64,000 bases of DNA from Octopus vulgaris. Lineage: Eukaryota. Below are positions 39,559 to 53,276 of this stretch, in pieces; the stretch's first letter is position 1, and each line of letters begins with the position of its first letter. Location: contig OX597828.1 in NCBI GenBank assembly GCA_951406725.2, positions 45,136,001 to 45,200,000 on the forward strand, read 5' to 3'. A model generated the notes under the pieces. That model did not search any database. It was not told the DNA's origin and was given only the letters and a program-made list of their open reading frames with translations. Made by a program: the position numbers and the translations under genes.

Positions 39559-40259
39559 GTTTGTACGTATGTATGCATGTATGTATGCACACATGCATGC
39601 GTATATGTATGTACATACATACATATGAATGTATGTATGTATGTATGTATCTATGTATGTATGGATGGATGGATAAAAAACAAAATTACTCTGTTCCACA
39701 AGGGTAGAAATGTAGAAAAAAGAATTTGAAAATGCACTTGAAGTCTTTTACTTTGTTTACTTTTAAAGGCTTAACTCGTTTCACAGATTTTTCAGGCATG
39801 ACCATAAAATTTGATTATGGTGTCACAGAACTTGATAAGTAAGTTGGAGAGGTGCTTTGGTAAAAAGCCACCCGTGTTATACTAGTACCCAGAACTAAGT
39901 TATTCTGGGTAACTTGTATTACATGTACATTCAAATGGAGGCTGGTGTGTTGAATTGTGGCAAGGTGGTTTTGTGAGAAAGATTTAGAAAAAGAAAAGGG
40001 GCAATAGTTTAAAAAAAGTCAAAGAATTACTGAAAAAGATTATGAAAATGCTGTTTTTTGAAATGATTTAATTTTTATGAGATTAAAATATATAGAGAAA
40101 AAAATTGTAAAAAATCTTAGATCGAAAGAGATAAAAATATGGAAATAATTATAAAGAAGCATATTTACCCCAGTGTAATATTGTTGGGAAGGTGTAGTCA
40201 TTTAATCAGCTAGAAATAGTAGCTAAATCTGATGGGAACAAAGAGTAAAGATCACTTAC

Positions 40260-40277
40260 CTCCCCGTTACCTTTTTT
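40260..40277 (-). CDS. Weak candidate 18-nt microexon (phase 0: KKGNGE)
   Basis: ttccttctttcttattaaacatttaag|AAAAAAGGTAACGGGGAG|gtaagt; strong donor, AAG acceptor, adjacent to a decayed repeat. Confidence 0.3.
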
Positions 40278-40932
40278 CTTAAATGTTTAATAAGAAAGAA
40301 GGAAACTAGTGAATTAATAATGGAAATGGCAGTCTTAGGATGCTTTCCTTTCAATTTTGCAAATGAATTGCACAAACAGAAACATTGCCCAAGCAATAGG
40401 ACATTGTAAAAAAAAAAAAAAAGTGGCAAGAGTAAAAGAATTATAAAAGAAGGATGTATTGTTCACATAGAGCCAAGAAAATTTGCAATCAGTGACTAAA
40501 CACAGCCTCGGTCATATGTTTAATATCAAGCAGATCAAAGTAGCCATATGTTATAAACACAGCAACAAATCCATCCATCTGAGAATGTCTTTTACAAAAG
40601 TGAAATATTGTATGTTATACACTAGGATTGCTAAAATCAGTGTGAAGTATTAAAAAAAAATGAAAAAAAAAAATATCTAGAAAATTCTCTGGATACGTAT
40701 ATCTCACATTGTTTGATATTTATAAAAAGCCAACTAACTGAAAAAAAAAATTCTTTTAAAATAATAAAGTAACAAAATATTTTTTTTAAATATGTAGATA
40801 TGTAGAAGTAAATAAAATTCTTAGCACTTTTGAGAATTTACCATTTCTGGTGCTTCTCTCATTTGAAAATATTTTTTTTCATTTTGAATTTTGGATTTTG
40901 AATTTCAGATAAAGGATTATCATCAGTATTAC

Positions 40933-40980
<48 letters not shown>

Positions 40981-41596
40981 GTATGTGTGTGTGTGTGTGT
41001 GTGTGTGTATGTATATATATACACACATCTGGATGTGTTTTGATGTGTTAGTGTGAGTAGGTATATATGTAGTAAGTTTAGAAAATAAATATATATAATG
41101 TGCAAAGTATAAAATATAATGAATCGTGCATGTGTAAATGATCTCAAAAAAAAAAAAAATGACTCTGAAGAGGTATAGAGGAATCAAAAGCAGAATATAT
41201 GGATACGTGAATGTATATGCGAGACGTCAGTTGGTCATAGCATGGCAAAGAATCAGAGCATCAGAGGAACCTGTTGTAGATGATGACAGATGAAGATATA
41301 GGAAGAAACAGTAAACGATGATCCCAAGAAGCCGAGCCTCGTGAAACAGATGACGAAGGACTGCAATAAGCCTGTGTTGTGCTGTGCTGGAAAAGACCCA
41401 TCTAACAAATGCAAGCATGGAAAAACAGATGTAAGAGGATAAAAATGACAATGACAGTCATGACGACAATGAAGATGATAATGATGATGATGATGATGAT
41501 AATTATATATTGTGTATGTGTGGGAAGATATGTATATATTTGCATGTGTGTGTGTATATATGTATGAGTGTGTGTGTGTTTGTGTATGTGTGTGTG

Positions 41597-41664
<68 letters not shown>

Positions 41665-41665
41665 C

Positions 41666-41714
<49 letters not shown>

Positions 41715-42008
41715 TGTGTGTATGTTTAATTGCTGATAAGGCAACAGTATTTTGCTCTATAATCATATTTTACTAAGTATGTTGTAGATTTATAAGTCAA
41801 TACTATGTCTTACCACATGTTAACAATGTTATAATTTCATTTTTAAAGTTTATATCTCTATAAACTTTATATAGAACTCAGAGCTACTATTATAAGTTAT
41901 GATGCTTTGTAAGCAGATATGTCAATTTAATCAGTAAACAATACAACTGATGTAAAAAAAAAACATAGATAATGGTGTATAAGCATATTTCAAGGATTAT
42001 TTCTTTAC

Positions 42009-42071
42009 CACTAAAATCTAGTGGGTATTTAAGAAATGTGTTTGTGGATAGCTCATGGATAAGATAAAGAG
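42009..42071 (-). CDS. Candidate 63-nt cassette exon (phase 1: ALYLIHELSTNTFLKYPLDFS)
   Basis: ttattgtcctttcatcag|CTCTTT...TTAGTG|gtaaag; length 3n; only phase 1 is open. Confidence 0.3.
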
Positions 42072-42688
42072 CTGATGAAAGGACAATAATCAATGAAATA
42101 TGTATGTACACCCAATGCCTGTATTTTCTCTGTCTTCAGTTGCATTGTTTACGTAGCTGTATTTGTTTTTTAAAATGTTGTAACTTACAATGCAAGCTCT
42201 GAATCCTATAGAAAATCAATAGAGAAAACATTGAAAAATGAATATATATATATATATGGATATATATGTATATGGATATGCTTGTGTGTGTACATCAGTG
42301 TGTTTGTGTTTATGTGTGTATGATAAACATTAAATAACAACAAAATAGTTTAAATTTTTTAAGAGGACAGTTGTAACAATGAGAGAAACAAACATTAGCA
42401 GCAATGAAAACATGAAAATATTACAGAGAAAAAAAAATGAGAACAAATGTTGACAGAATATATTTAAACGAGTGTGTGTGTATGTGTGTATGTCTGTGTG
42501 TGTGTGTGTGTGTGTGCATATGCACATTACATATATACAATATACACACACACATAGATGATAGCTGTCAACCTTCTTACATATGCATGATTACTGCTGA
42601 CAAATAAATAAATATATATACACACACAAACACACATATTCATGAATAAACACACAGACATACACACGCACACATATATACATATACA

Positions 42689-42746
<58 letters not shown>

Positions 42747-43145
42747 TACATATATACATACATATACATATATACATACATATACATATATATATACATA
42801 CATATACATATGTATGCATCTCTGTCTTCTTGTGTGTGCATGTCTGTGTGTGTGTGTGTGTTATGCAACTATGTACCATGTTTGTATGTAGGGATGTGCA
42901 TCTTTATATGTGTGGATCTGTCTCCATATGTATCTGTTGTTATAGCCTATGTACCTATCCGTCTGTATGTTGATCTGTTAATATTCATATCTATATGCTT
43001 ACATACAGAAAAAAAAGGTGCACACACACACACACACACACACACCCACTCACACCCACACACATACATACATTTGTCTACCTAACAGTCCACTAACTTG
43101 TCTACTCTACCTGTGTAAACTGTGGGTATGGAGGTATGGTATTTA

Positions 43146-43620
43146 CTATGTATATTTCCTATTTAGAATTGGGGAGCTTTCATTTATAAGGACGTACTCC
43201 CGTATTTGTCTGAGTGTTGGGTCTTTTGGGTGCTTGGCTAAGATGCGGATGTCAAGTTGACCCAAGTTGCTTCCATGGTGGTCTTTGGCATGTTGGTAGA
43301 GTAAGGAGGACTGTTTTCTGTTGTCATATTGTCTTAGATGTTCATTTAGTCATTCCGCAATGCTCCTAGATGTCTCCCCTATGTACGTCATGTTCATGTC
43401 CTTACAAGCACCTTCTATGCATCTTATGCTGTAAACTACATTTCGAGTTCTACAGTTAATGCCAGGGCTAATCCTACATACCATGCAGTTATCATTGGTG
43501 CATATGGTATTCTTAAAGGGGTACGTCCTACATAGTTGTGATCTGATGGAGTTCCCTGGCTTTTCAACAATTTTAATGTTGAGTTTGGACAGAGTCAAAA
43601 CTATTGAAAAGGTTGCAAGA
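43146..43620 (-). mobile_element. Penelope-like element GIY-YIG endonuclease remnant
   Basis: CxxxxCxxC linker, then NVVYSIRC...YIGETSRSIAE*LNEH...SLLYQHAKDHH...RQIREYVLINESSPILNRK; a single in-frame TGA. Confidence 0.88.
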
Positions 43621-44040
43621 TGCAACGAAAATTTTAGGAAAATATAAATAAGAAAAAAGTGGAAATTTTACCAGTATTTGTGTTACAATATAAGGCACAA
43701 AAAGAAAATGGCTCTCTCCAGACACAACAGAATATGCTTCAACACACGAACTCATATAAAGAATCTTGCAAACCAAATCCAAAAACGATATGTAGAACTG
43801 TTGTTGTATACTTACTCAGTACTTATTTTAGAATTGTGGTTTTAGAAGTAAGACATTGTCAAAAGTAAATAAGTCATATAATAAATGAGATTGCGTAAAA
43901 TTTATTGTTTGTAATGTGAATATATAATATCCAATTGTTAACACACATACACACACACACACACACATACACACACATACATACAAGCATGCACACATTA
44001 AGACAATGTAACAAATTTAAGGATAGCATGCTTTTGTTAC

Positions 44041-44054
44041 CAATTTGTTGGAAT
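44041..44054 (-). CDS. Candidate 14-nt microexon or very short terminal exon
   Basis: ttctttcttgtttttttttacag|ATTCCAACAAATTG|gtaaca; phase 1 to 0 gives DSNKL; phase-0 read-through gives IPTNW*. Confidence 0.4.
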
Positions 44055-44069
44055 CTGTAAAAAAAAACA

Positions 44070-44084
44070 AGAAAGAAGAAGAAG

Positions 44085-44172
<88 letters not shown>

Positions 44173-45430
44173 CATGCAATAAAGAGTGACCCAGTGATTG
44201 GTTTTGTGTTGGAAACCTGTAAGCAATGAAGATTATGAAATACAAATACAAATGTAAGCATAAATGCATGAACAAAATGAGAAAAGGAAGAAGCAGAAGA
44301 GGGAAAGAGGAGGAGGAGGAGGAGAAGAAGAAGAAGAAGAAGAAGAAGAAGAAGAAGAAGAAGAAGAAGAAGAAGGAAGAAGAAAAAGAAGAAGTGGAGG
44401 AGGAAGAGGAGGATGAAGAAGAGGAAAAAGAAGAAGAAGAAGAAGAAAAAGGAGGAGAAGAAAAGAAAGAGGAGAAGAAGAAGAAGAAAGAGGAGGAGGA
44501 GGAGAAGATGAAGATGAAGAAGAAGAGAAAGAAGAAGAGGAGGAGGAGAAGAAGAAGTAGGAGGAGAAGAAAAGAAGGAGGAGAAGAAGAAGAAGAAGAA
44601 GAAGAAGGAGGAGGAGAAGAAGAATGAGGAAAATGCAAAGCAGAAGGAAAATGGGGGTGGGGGATAAAGAACGAAATCAAGCAATAAAATGGTGAAAGAA
44701 CAAAAAATGATGTTAAAAGAACGATTAAATTTCAATTAATTGAAAAACAAGGAGATGAAAAAGATAGGTTGAGGTGAGGTGATGGTGGTGGTGGTGGTGG
44801 TGGTGGTGGTTGTGGTGGTGATTGTGGTGGCGGTGGTGGTGGAATTGTTGTTCTGTAGGTGATGGTGGTGGAATTTCTGTTCCATAGGAGGTGATGGTGA
44901 TAGTGGTGGTGTTGGTTGTGATGATTGTGGTGGTGGTGATGGTGGTGGTGGTGGTGTTGGTGTTGGTGGTTGTGGTGTTGGTGGTGGTGGTGTTGTTGGT
45001 TGTGGTGTTGGTGGTGGTGGTTGTGGTGTTGTTGGTGGTGGTGGTGGTGGTGGTGGTGGTGGTGGTGGTGCTAGTGCTGCTAGTGGTGGTGGTGCTGGTG
45101 GTGCTGGTGGTGGTTACAAGGAGTTAACAATGCTTCTTGTGGTAGTGGTGGTGCTGCTACTATTGCTGCTACTGCTGGTGGTAGTGGTGGTGGTGGTGGT
45201 TGAAGTTGCAGTGGTGATGAAGGTTATAGAAATGGTAGTAGTAGTGATGGATATGGTGGTAGTAGTGGTGATTGTGGTCATTGCGATAATAGTGGTGGAT
45301 CTGATGGTGGTTTTAGTTGTTGTGGTGGTAGTGGATTTGGTGGTGGTTGTAGTGGTTGTGGTTGTGGCAGTGGTGATGGCTATGGTGGTGATTGTAGTAT
45401 GGGTTGTAGTGGATGGGTGAAGACAAAGGA
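44070..45430 (+). repeat. Compound trinucleotide block: (GAA)n, (GTA)n, (GAA/GGA)n, (GGT)n
   Basis: Seen directly; source of the poly-E/K, poly-V and poly-T ORFs. Confidence 0.95.
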
Positions 45431-45639
45431 AATTATGGGTGGTTGTCATAGTGACAATGATAGTTGCGGGGAGGAACTAATGTAGCCAGTGATGGTTGTA
45501 ACCATGGTGATGGCAGTGGGTGTCAGTGCTAGTGGGGTGGTGGTAGTGGTGGTAGTGCTGGATGGTGTGGATTTTGATGTCCATGGTGCTAATGGGAGTT
45601 TGAAGTAACCTGATAGAATCTGTATTGCTAGTGGTGATG

Positions 45640-45743
45640 GTGGTGGTATGGGGGTGTCTACAGGTGGTGGTGGTGGTGGTGGTATGGGGGTGTCTACAGG
45701 TGGTGGTGGTGGTATGGGGGTGTCTACAGGTGGTGGTGGTGGT
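45640..45743 (+). repeat. Minisatellite, 3 units of (ggt)n-atgggggtgtctaca
   Basis: Unit seen at ~45648, ~45684 and ~45714. Confidence 0.9.
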
Positions 45744-46411
45744 TGAAGCATCAGTGCTAATGGTAATAGTAGGAAGATAATGATGCTCATAATACCAGTG
45801 GATTCCAATGGTATTGCTGTTGTTGTTTGATGTGGTAGAAGATACTGTAATGGTGATGGTGCTGATGATGATGATGATGAAAATATGGTAATGGCAATGG
45901 TGAGAAGGTTGGAGGGAAACTTGTAATAATGTCGTGGTTTAAGGGTCACTTCGGATCCAGCAAACCAATAATCAAAAGACACTCCAACCATGACCATCCT
46001 GTGTTTTTGAGTGGTATCCATAAGTACGTAAACATCATCTAATATTATGTGTGTTTCGCAAAATTAAGGAGGGAGAGCGAGATTTCATGTCCATTTAGCT
46101 GCTATTTCTAGCAAGATGGAGTTTCCTTTCTGTTTTCCTTTCAGGTAATATTGCTTTGCTGATAGTGGGGTGGAATAGGGGGTGTTAAATGTGACAGAGG
46201 CAGAAAGGTAGCTGACAAGACATTCTCTGGTATGTGTTGCTGAGAGTAATAAAATGTATGTAGAAACAGACATACATGCATACATACACACATACATACA
46301 TACATTTGTATATATATGCTTGTATAGACATGCATCCATATATATATATATATGTAAATATAAATCCATATGTATGCATGTGTATGTGTGTGTATATATA
46401 TATATAAATAC

Positions 46412-46445
<34 letters not shown>

Positions 46446-46500
46446 ATATACATATATGTATATATATATATATATATACATATATACATATATACTTATA

Positions 46501-46562
<62 letters not shown>

Positions 46563-46579
46563 CATACATATATATATAT

Positions 46580-46743
46580 AAAAAACACCCACTACACTCG
46601 CGGAGTGGTTGGCGTTAGGAAGGGCATCCAGCCGTAGAAACACTGCCAGATCTGACTGGGCCTGACGAAGCCTTCCAGCTTCACAGACCCCAGTTGACCC
46701 GTCCAACCCATGCTAGCATGGAAAACGGACGCTAAACGATGAT
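46580..46743 (+). mobile_element. RTE LINE 3' end fragment
   Basis: cacccactacactcgcggagtggttggcgttagg...ggacgctaaacgatgat. Confidence 0.85.
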
Positions 46744-47152
46744 ATATATATATATATTTAGCATCATCAGGGTAATGATTTCACAATGTATATTTCAAAG
46801 CACCTTATGCAGTTATTGGCTACCATAAGCCATCATACAGCAAGATTACTCCTTTTACTTGATATATGTGTTTATTTAAATATATATTTACATACACACA
46901 CATATTGTAAGTTATCCAATGTAATTTTTGAATATGGTATATTTGTTTTAAACCCCAGTGCACATTGGTGCAAATTGGTGCACATGCAGACCAATAAATG
47001 CAGAATAAGTACAAGAAAAAAAATAGGGTGGGATGTGGAGTGGAGAAGTGTGGGCAGGGCAGTGTTAGAAATAATAGGTTAAGTCGGGTGGTGGGTAGAA
47101 CTGAGTGTAGTATATATAAAAATAATAAACAATACTAAACCGGTTTACTAAC

Positions 47153-47161
47153 CTGATTCAT
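47153..47161 (-). CDS. Candidate 9-nt microexon (MNQ in phase 0, DES in phase 1)
   Basis: (ct)n...cccttaatcggtacttctacag|ATGAATCAG|gttagt; branch-like CTTAAT. Confidence 0.6.
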
Positions 47162-48211
47162 CTGTAGAAGTACCGATTAAGGGTCCATGGTGATTTTGGT
47201 AAGGAGAGAGAGAGAGAGAGAAGTAGAAGATGCCAGTCAAGTTACTAATTCGTGTCAAAGGTCAACAGGGGTCTTACATTGTAGATATACAGATACTATT
47301 ACATAGCTATACAAATGTATAAATATTATATATATATATATTATAATAAATATTGAAGAATGGAGTTAGCAAATCACTTTAATATATTGTTTACAATTGT
47401 TTCATCATTATCCATTGTAAAAAATCTTGTGTCACGTTGTAACAATGCTGAAAACTATTGATTAATTTCTGTGCTATGCAGAATTACTTTTATAGCACAT
47501 GTTGGAGATGATTCCTTAGAACTTTGTAAAAAAATAATTAGCGTATGTATCCTTTAATGTTTGTAATATACCAAGTTATATTAAAAAGAAATTTAACTCT
47601 AAAATTAAGAAGTACTCAGTATTATTTATCACAATTTTACAAGTGCATCTATATATGTGTGTGCATATATAAACATATACATTCATATATACATACATAA
47701 AGGATGATAAGTTGCATATATATATATGTATATATACTCACATATCTTGCTATATGTATGTATGCTTACAGGAAAAATACAAAGAAAAGGTTATTTTTAT
47801 ACATGTATGTTTTTTTGTTTAAAAAAAAAACAAGCTTGTTTAATTAAACTCGAGGGGTAAATAGTTCATTCTATGCATTTTATATATAAGACAATAAAAT
47901 TAAGAAAGTAAGTTTTCACATAACAAATGTTTTTGTATTATAGTTTTACTGAACATATGTGTATGTATTTACAAGTTAAGTTCAACATGCATAACACAAG
48001 TAAAAGCGAGAGAAAGAAGAAAAAGACCACACGTCACTTTGTATTTTCATGTGGGGAAATGGTTTATTGTATACATTTTTCTGTGTTAGGTATCATAGTC
48101 AAAAGAGGTTTGTAGTAGAAGAAAAATCATACCTAACCAATTTGCACTGTTTTTCAGCTCAACAAAGTTTTGGGAAATTAATATGTTCAAATAAATAAAC
48201 ATATGTATATG

Positions 48212-48259
<48 letters not shown>

Positions 48260-48369
48260 TGTGCATGTGTGCATATGTATACATGTAGGTATATATATAT
48301 TTACAAACAGACATATATATATGCATCCACACAGATATACATATATACACATATATAGAGAGATATGTA

Positions 48370-48425
<56 letters not shown>

Positions 48426-49182
48426 TACATGTAAATATGCATATATGTTGAAAATTGTAGAAGATTAGACAAGTTCCATGAAATAGAAGACTGCCAGCTA
48501 AATATTGATTTTCTATTTATGCAAAACCAAACTCAATTATTGAGTATGACAAAGAGTAAAGAATTTGTTAACAACCATGCCGTGGTCCCAGTGACCTCTG
48601 TCTGAGTACTTGGTAGTTTAGTTGCAGGTTCAATACTAGAGGTTATTGTAGAAACGAGCTATTTAGTTTCATTATTTTGATTGTGCCATTTTTTAAATCC
48701 ATGAAAAATGATACACAACAGTTCTACATTTAAGAGATGAGGAATTATGTACATTATTTACATTTGACAGATATTTCTCCTCATCTTGTTTGTTGTTGTT
48801 AACACAACGTTTCGGCTGATATACTCTCAGCAGAGGATATATACATGCATATATATATATACATATATATATATTTTATTTATATATAGAGGGCATTATT
48901 ATACATACATGCCACACGCTATATACATATATATATATAAAACACTATATGAGAGAGGTTTTCTTTAAGTATTGGAAATAGTTTTTGAAAAAGTTTTTTA
49001 GCTGCTATTTCTAATGAGTTCAGTATGCGGCAAAGTAATTTATTTTACTAAGCCCTTTTATATAATGTAATAATTTGAATTCGCCTTAAATGGTCCCTTT
49101 GTATACTGAATACTTGGTGAAATTGATTAATTAATTAATTTTACCCTCAATTGTTGAAATCATATATATATATATATATATA

Positions 49183-49247
<65 letters not shown>

Positions 49248-49682
49248 TATATTGGCCTGCTCGCTTAGCCAGCGAGGTGGCGTCATTTGAAGGCTAAAAC
49301 AATGCAAAGCGCATTGTGACCAGCGATGTGTTGCAACATCTGATAGCCTGGTCGGTCACGTGATCACGTGATATGCATATATATATATGTATATGTACAT
49401 ACATATATATATATATATACACACACATATACACATACATACACACACATGTAAATACGTAAAACCATGTAAATGTTAGGTTGAGAAACACATCTACATA
49501 GAAAAAGGTGAAGGTCTGCCATGAGACTTAAACCCATACAACTTGTAGGCATGACAGGTGTTGTACCTTTGAATAAAAGTAATCTTTTGAAGTTCTCTCT
49601 GTACTGCAGCATTTTCAGTTCCAAAGAGTAGTGTAGCCTAGTATTTATATGTATAGCTTTATGTACTTCAAGATCCACTCAC

Positions 49683-49733
49683 CTGGATTTCGGATTCCAG
49701 ATTAATACTGAAATTCTTCAGGTGTAGAACATC
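49683..49733 (-). CDS. Candidate 51-nt cassette exon (phase 0: DVLHLKNFSINLESEIQ)
   Basis: Consensus donor CAG|gtgagt; weak acceptor (tgccatcatgaaaccag); only phase 0 is open. Confidence 0.3.
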
Positions 49734-50054
49734 CTGGTTTCATGATGGCAAAACCATTGTGTATTTATAGCAAAGAATAAGATATAGCCCAAATAATAAG
49801 ACTGGAAGCTATTATTCAGATTATATATGTGTATGTGTATATATATATATATATATTATTTGTTTCAGTCGTTTGACCATGGCCATGCTGGAGCACTGCC
49901 TTTAGTCGAACAAATTGACACCAGGGCTTATTATTTGTAAGCCTAGCATTTATGCTATTAGTCCCTTTTGCTGAACCACTATGTTACGGGTATGTAAACA
50001 CATCAACATTTGTTGCCAAGTAGGGGAACAAACACACACAAACACATACATACA

Positions 50055-50106
<52 letters not shown>

Positions 50107-50393
50107 CAACAGGCTTCTTTCAGTTTCTATCTATCAAATCCACTCACAAGGCTTTGGTCAGCCTGAGGCTATAGTAGAAGACACTTGCCCAAGCTGCATA
50201 TATATATAATAAATAATTTGGACAAATAAGTATAATTTGATTAATGTTTTTAATAAAATTACTAAAAATCAGAAGAATGGAGATTTATTATACAGTCATT
50301 GCAGCATTCTTCCCTTAGATCTATGCCCGTTTTGGCTGCAACCGCTGCACACAGCTAGTTTTCTTTAGATGCACTTTGAACGGCAACAAACAA

Positions 50394-50482
50394 TGGACCC
50401 TGAAGAAGTTGCACTAATAATTAACAACAAAATGTTCACATAACAGTGTGCAGTTGTTGTAATCGAAACGTGTGTAGGTCCA
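50394..50482 (+). ncRNA. Type I hammerhead ribozyme motif (Penelope pLTR-type)
   Basis: Stem I tggacc/ggtcca; core CTGAAGA (50400-50406) and GAAA (50465-50468); long stem II based on gttgca/tgtaat; predicted cleavage after GTA at 50476. Confidence 0.7.
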
Positions 50483-50746
50483 AGGGAAGAATGCTACAAT
50501 AGCTGTATAATAAAATATGGATGAGTAAATCTTTGTTCTCCTGCTCTTTACTAATTTCATTATTTTCTCTATGGGAACTAGGCAGCCCCTAAAAGGACAT
50601 TTGGATTTACCAAGTAAGGATAATAACTGACTGCAGTAAATTATTACTAACTTGAGTATCGCCAATAATTGCTGTGACTAACCAGCACTAAGAAATAATC
50701 TAAGAATCAGCACAATAACTCTTAGAGCCCTTCAAACCATTTTTGG

Positions 50747-50789
<43 letters not shown>

Positions 50790-51240
50790 ATTCTTAATTG
50801 TTTTACTTGTGTATGTCACTTGACTGGGGCATCGCCTTTTAGTCGAAGATGTCGACTTCTGGACTTATTCCTTGTAAGACTGGTATTTATTCTATTATTC
50901 TCACTTGCTGAACCGCTAATGCTACAGGGATGTAAACACACCAGAATTGGTTGTCAAGTGATAGTGGGGGACAAACACAGACACAAAGACATGCACACAT
51001 ACATGCATATATACATACATACATAAATATATTTATATGTATATATATATATATATATACATAAAAATATATGTATATATTTACAATAGGCTTCTTTCAG
51101 TTTCTGTCTACCAAATCCACTCACAAGGCTTTGGTTGGCGTGAGCTATAGTAGACAATACTTGCCCAAGGTGCTGCGCAGTGGAGCTGAACCCAGAACCA
51201 TGTGGTTGGGAAGCAAGTTTCTTACCACGCAGCCACTCCT
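50790..51240 (-). mobile_element. SINE family A, diverged
   Basis: Reverse complement of 3240-3648; another partial copy lies at ~49858-50192. Confidence 0.8.
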
Positions 51241-51251
51241 GGACTCTCTCT

Positions 51252-51323
<72 letters not shown>

Positions 51324-51650
51324 ATACATACAGACACATGCACAAGCATGTGTAGAAATATCATTTGCTATAAAACAAAACGGTGTCTGCAAATCAAAAA
51401 CAGAAATCAACATCTTTTTGGGGTCAGAGTTGAGTATATTTCAACATTTATTCACAAATTGCAACAATGAATCTAGAAATCATTTTTCTACTTTCTAGAT
51501 GAAACAACATGCAAATTGTCAGTAAACTTTGAAATATAACATATACATACATACATACACACACACACACATATATATGTATCTATGTGTGTGCCTATGT
51601 GTGCACCTGTGTGTGTATATCTATGCATATGTACATACATACATACATAC

Positions 51651-51744
<94 letters not shown>

Positions 51745-51771
51745 ACATACATATATATATATACTTATATT

Positions 51772-51802
<31 letters not shown>

Positions 51803-51826
51803 GTATACATACATATATATATATAC

Positions 51827-51904
<78 letters not shown>

Positions 51905-52166
51905 GAGAGAAAGAAAGTGAAAGAGATAAAAATGTGTAAGGAAGTGTATGTATGATGTTTATATGTAAATTTCATTCGTGCATGCATAGAAAGATTAATG
52001 TATACTATGAGTGTATTGATGAGTATGTATATTTTTTTTTTCTATAAGTGTATATACACACAACAGTTGTACATGCAAAAATTGATAATGGGGAAGAATT
52101 TCACAATATTAAAAGAGATTTGCATATTTCACATACCATTATGCTTTCACGACATTATATATATAT

Positions 52167-52222
<56 letters not shown>

Positions 52223-52305
52223 ATATGCATAGGTTATAACTACTTGTATTCATAGATGAATCTTTGCCTTCATGCAAACAACAACATCAACAAGAAAACA
52301 TTCAA

Positions 52306-52342
<37 letters not shown>

Positions 52343-53114
52343 TAATAATAAATGCTTATATATCCATATACATGCTTGTTTACACTACAGTCAGATATAT
52401 TTCTATGCAAACACACACATATCTTCGCATGTTCATGTAAAAGCTACACAGGCGCAGCCAGATTGTTGAACTTAGTAAATGAGTAAATATACTCGTTCAT
52501 ACGTACAAAATAGACAAATAAACACACACATGCGTCAAATCACACACATATACATACACAGATTGTTGAACCCCCTACACGCACATAAACGGTTTTTGCT
52601 ATTTTTTTTTTTGTTTCTTTTTCCCCGCCAGAGTTAAAAGACATCTGTTTATGAGGCTCATATTTATATTTTCAATTTACATTCTGTAGGGCATTTGTAG
52701 ATCAATGAAATCTCTGGCTTCAGTGGCCAATCACTGATTGGTAGTTCACAGTTTTATAATGTAGAATAAAGTAAAGGGTGTATCCAAGAACACCCAGCTT
52801 GCCAGAACAAATAGCACACAATGTATGCGTATTCATATACAATGAATTATCATATTTTCTTTGATGTACATATACACACACGCACGTATGTGTGTGTGTG
52901 TGTGTGTAATGAATTTATAATAAAGAATAGAGATTTATATCCAGTTTTATTCAACAGTTAATTACTTCTTTACATTTCTGCACCTACACACATTTCTGCA
53001 GCAATTAACTAGTGCACACTGCAAAATTTGCATCCTTATGTAAACTTATTGTTAGTTGTCACTTCTTCAGGTTGTTCAGATAGAATCTGAATTAAATAAC
53101 TGAATAATTGGAAA

Positions 53115-53230
<116 letters not shown>

Positions 53231-53276
53231 TATATATATATATATATATGGGTGTGTGTGATTGTGTATAGAAGAA

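Noticed and set aside
39787-39838. Plus-strand 52-nt exon-like segment (cacag...gtaagt) and 7-nt tacag|TTGCATG|gtgagg at ~38818
   Set aside because: Neither is 3n and both are opposite to the better-supported strand. They show that pseudo-exons occur by chance here.
43350-43352. In-frame TGA in the PLE endonuclease as possible selenocysteine (as in some Naiad PLEs)
   Set aside because: It falls at the conserved GIY-YIG Arg position, so CGA-to-TGA deamination is the simpler explanation.
46120-46150. Plus-strand cctttcag|gtaata recursive-like site
   Set aside because: No coherent plus-strand gene was found, and it lies at the edge of a decayed repeat.
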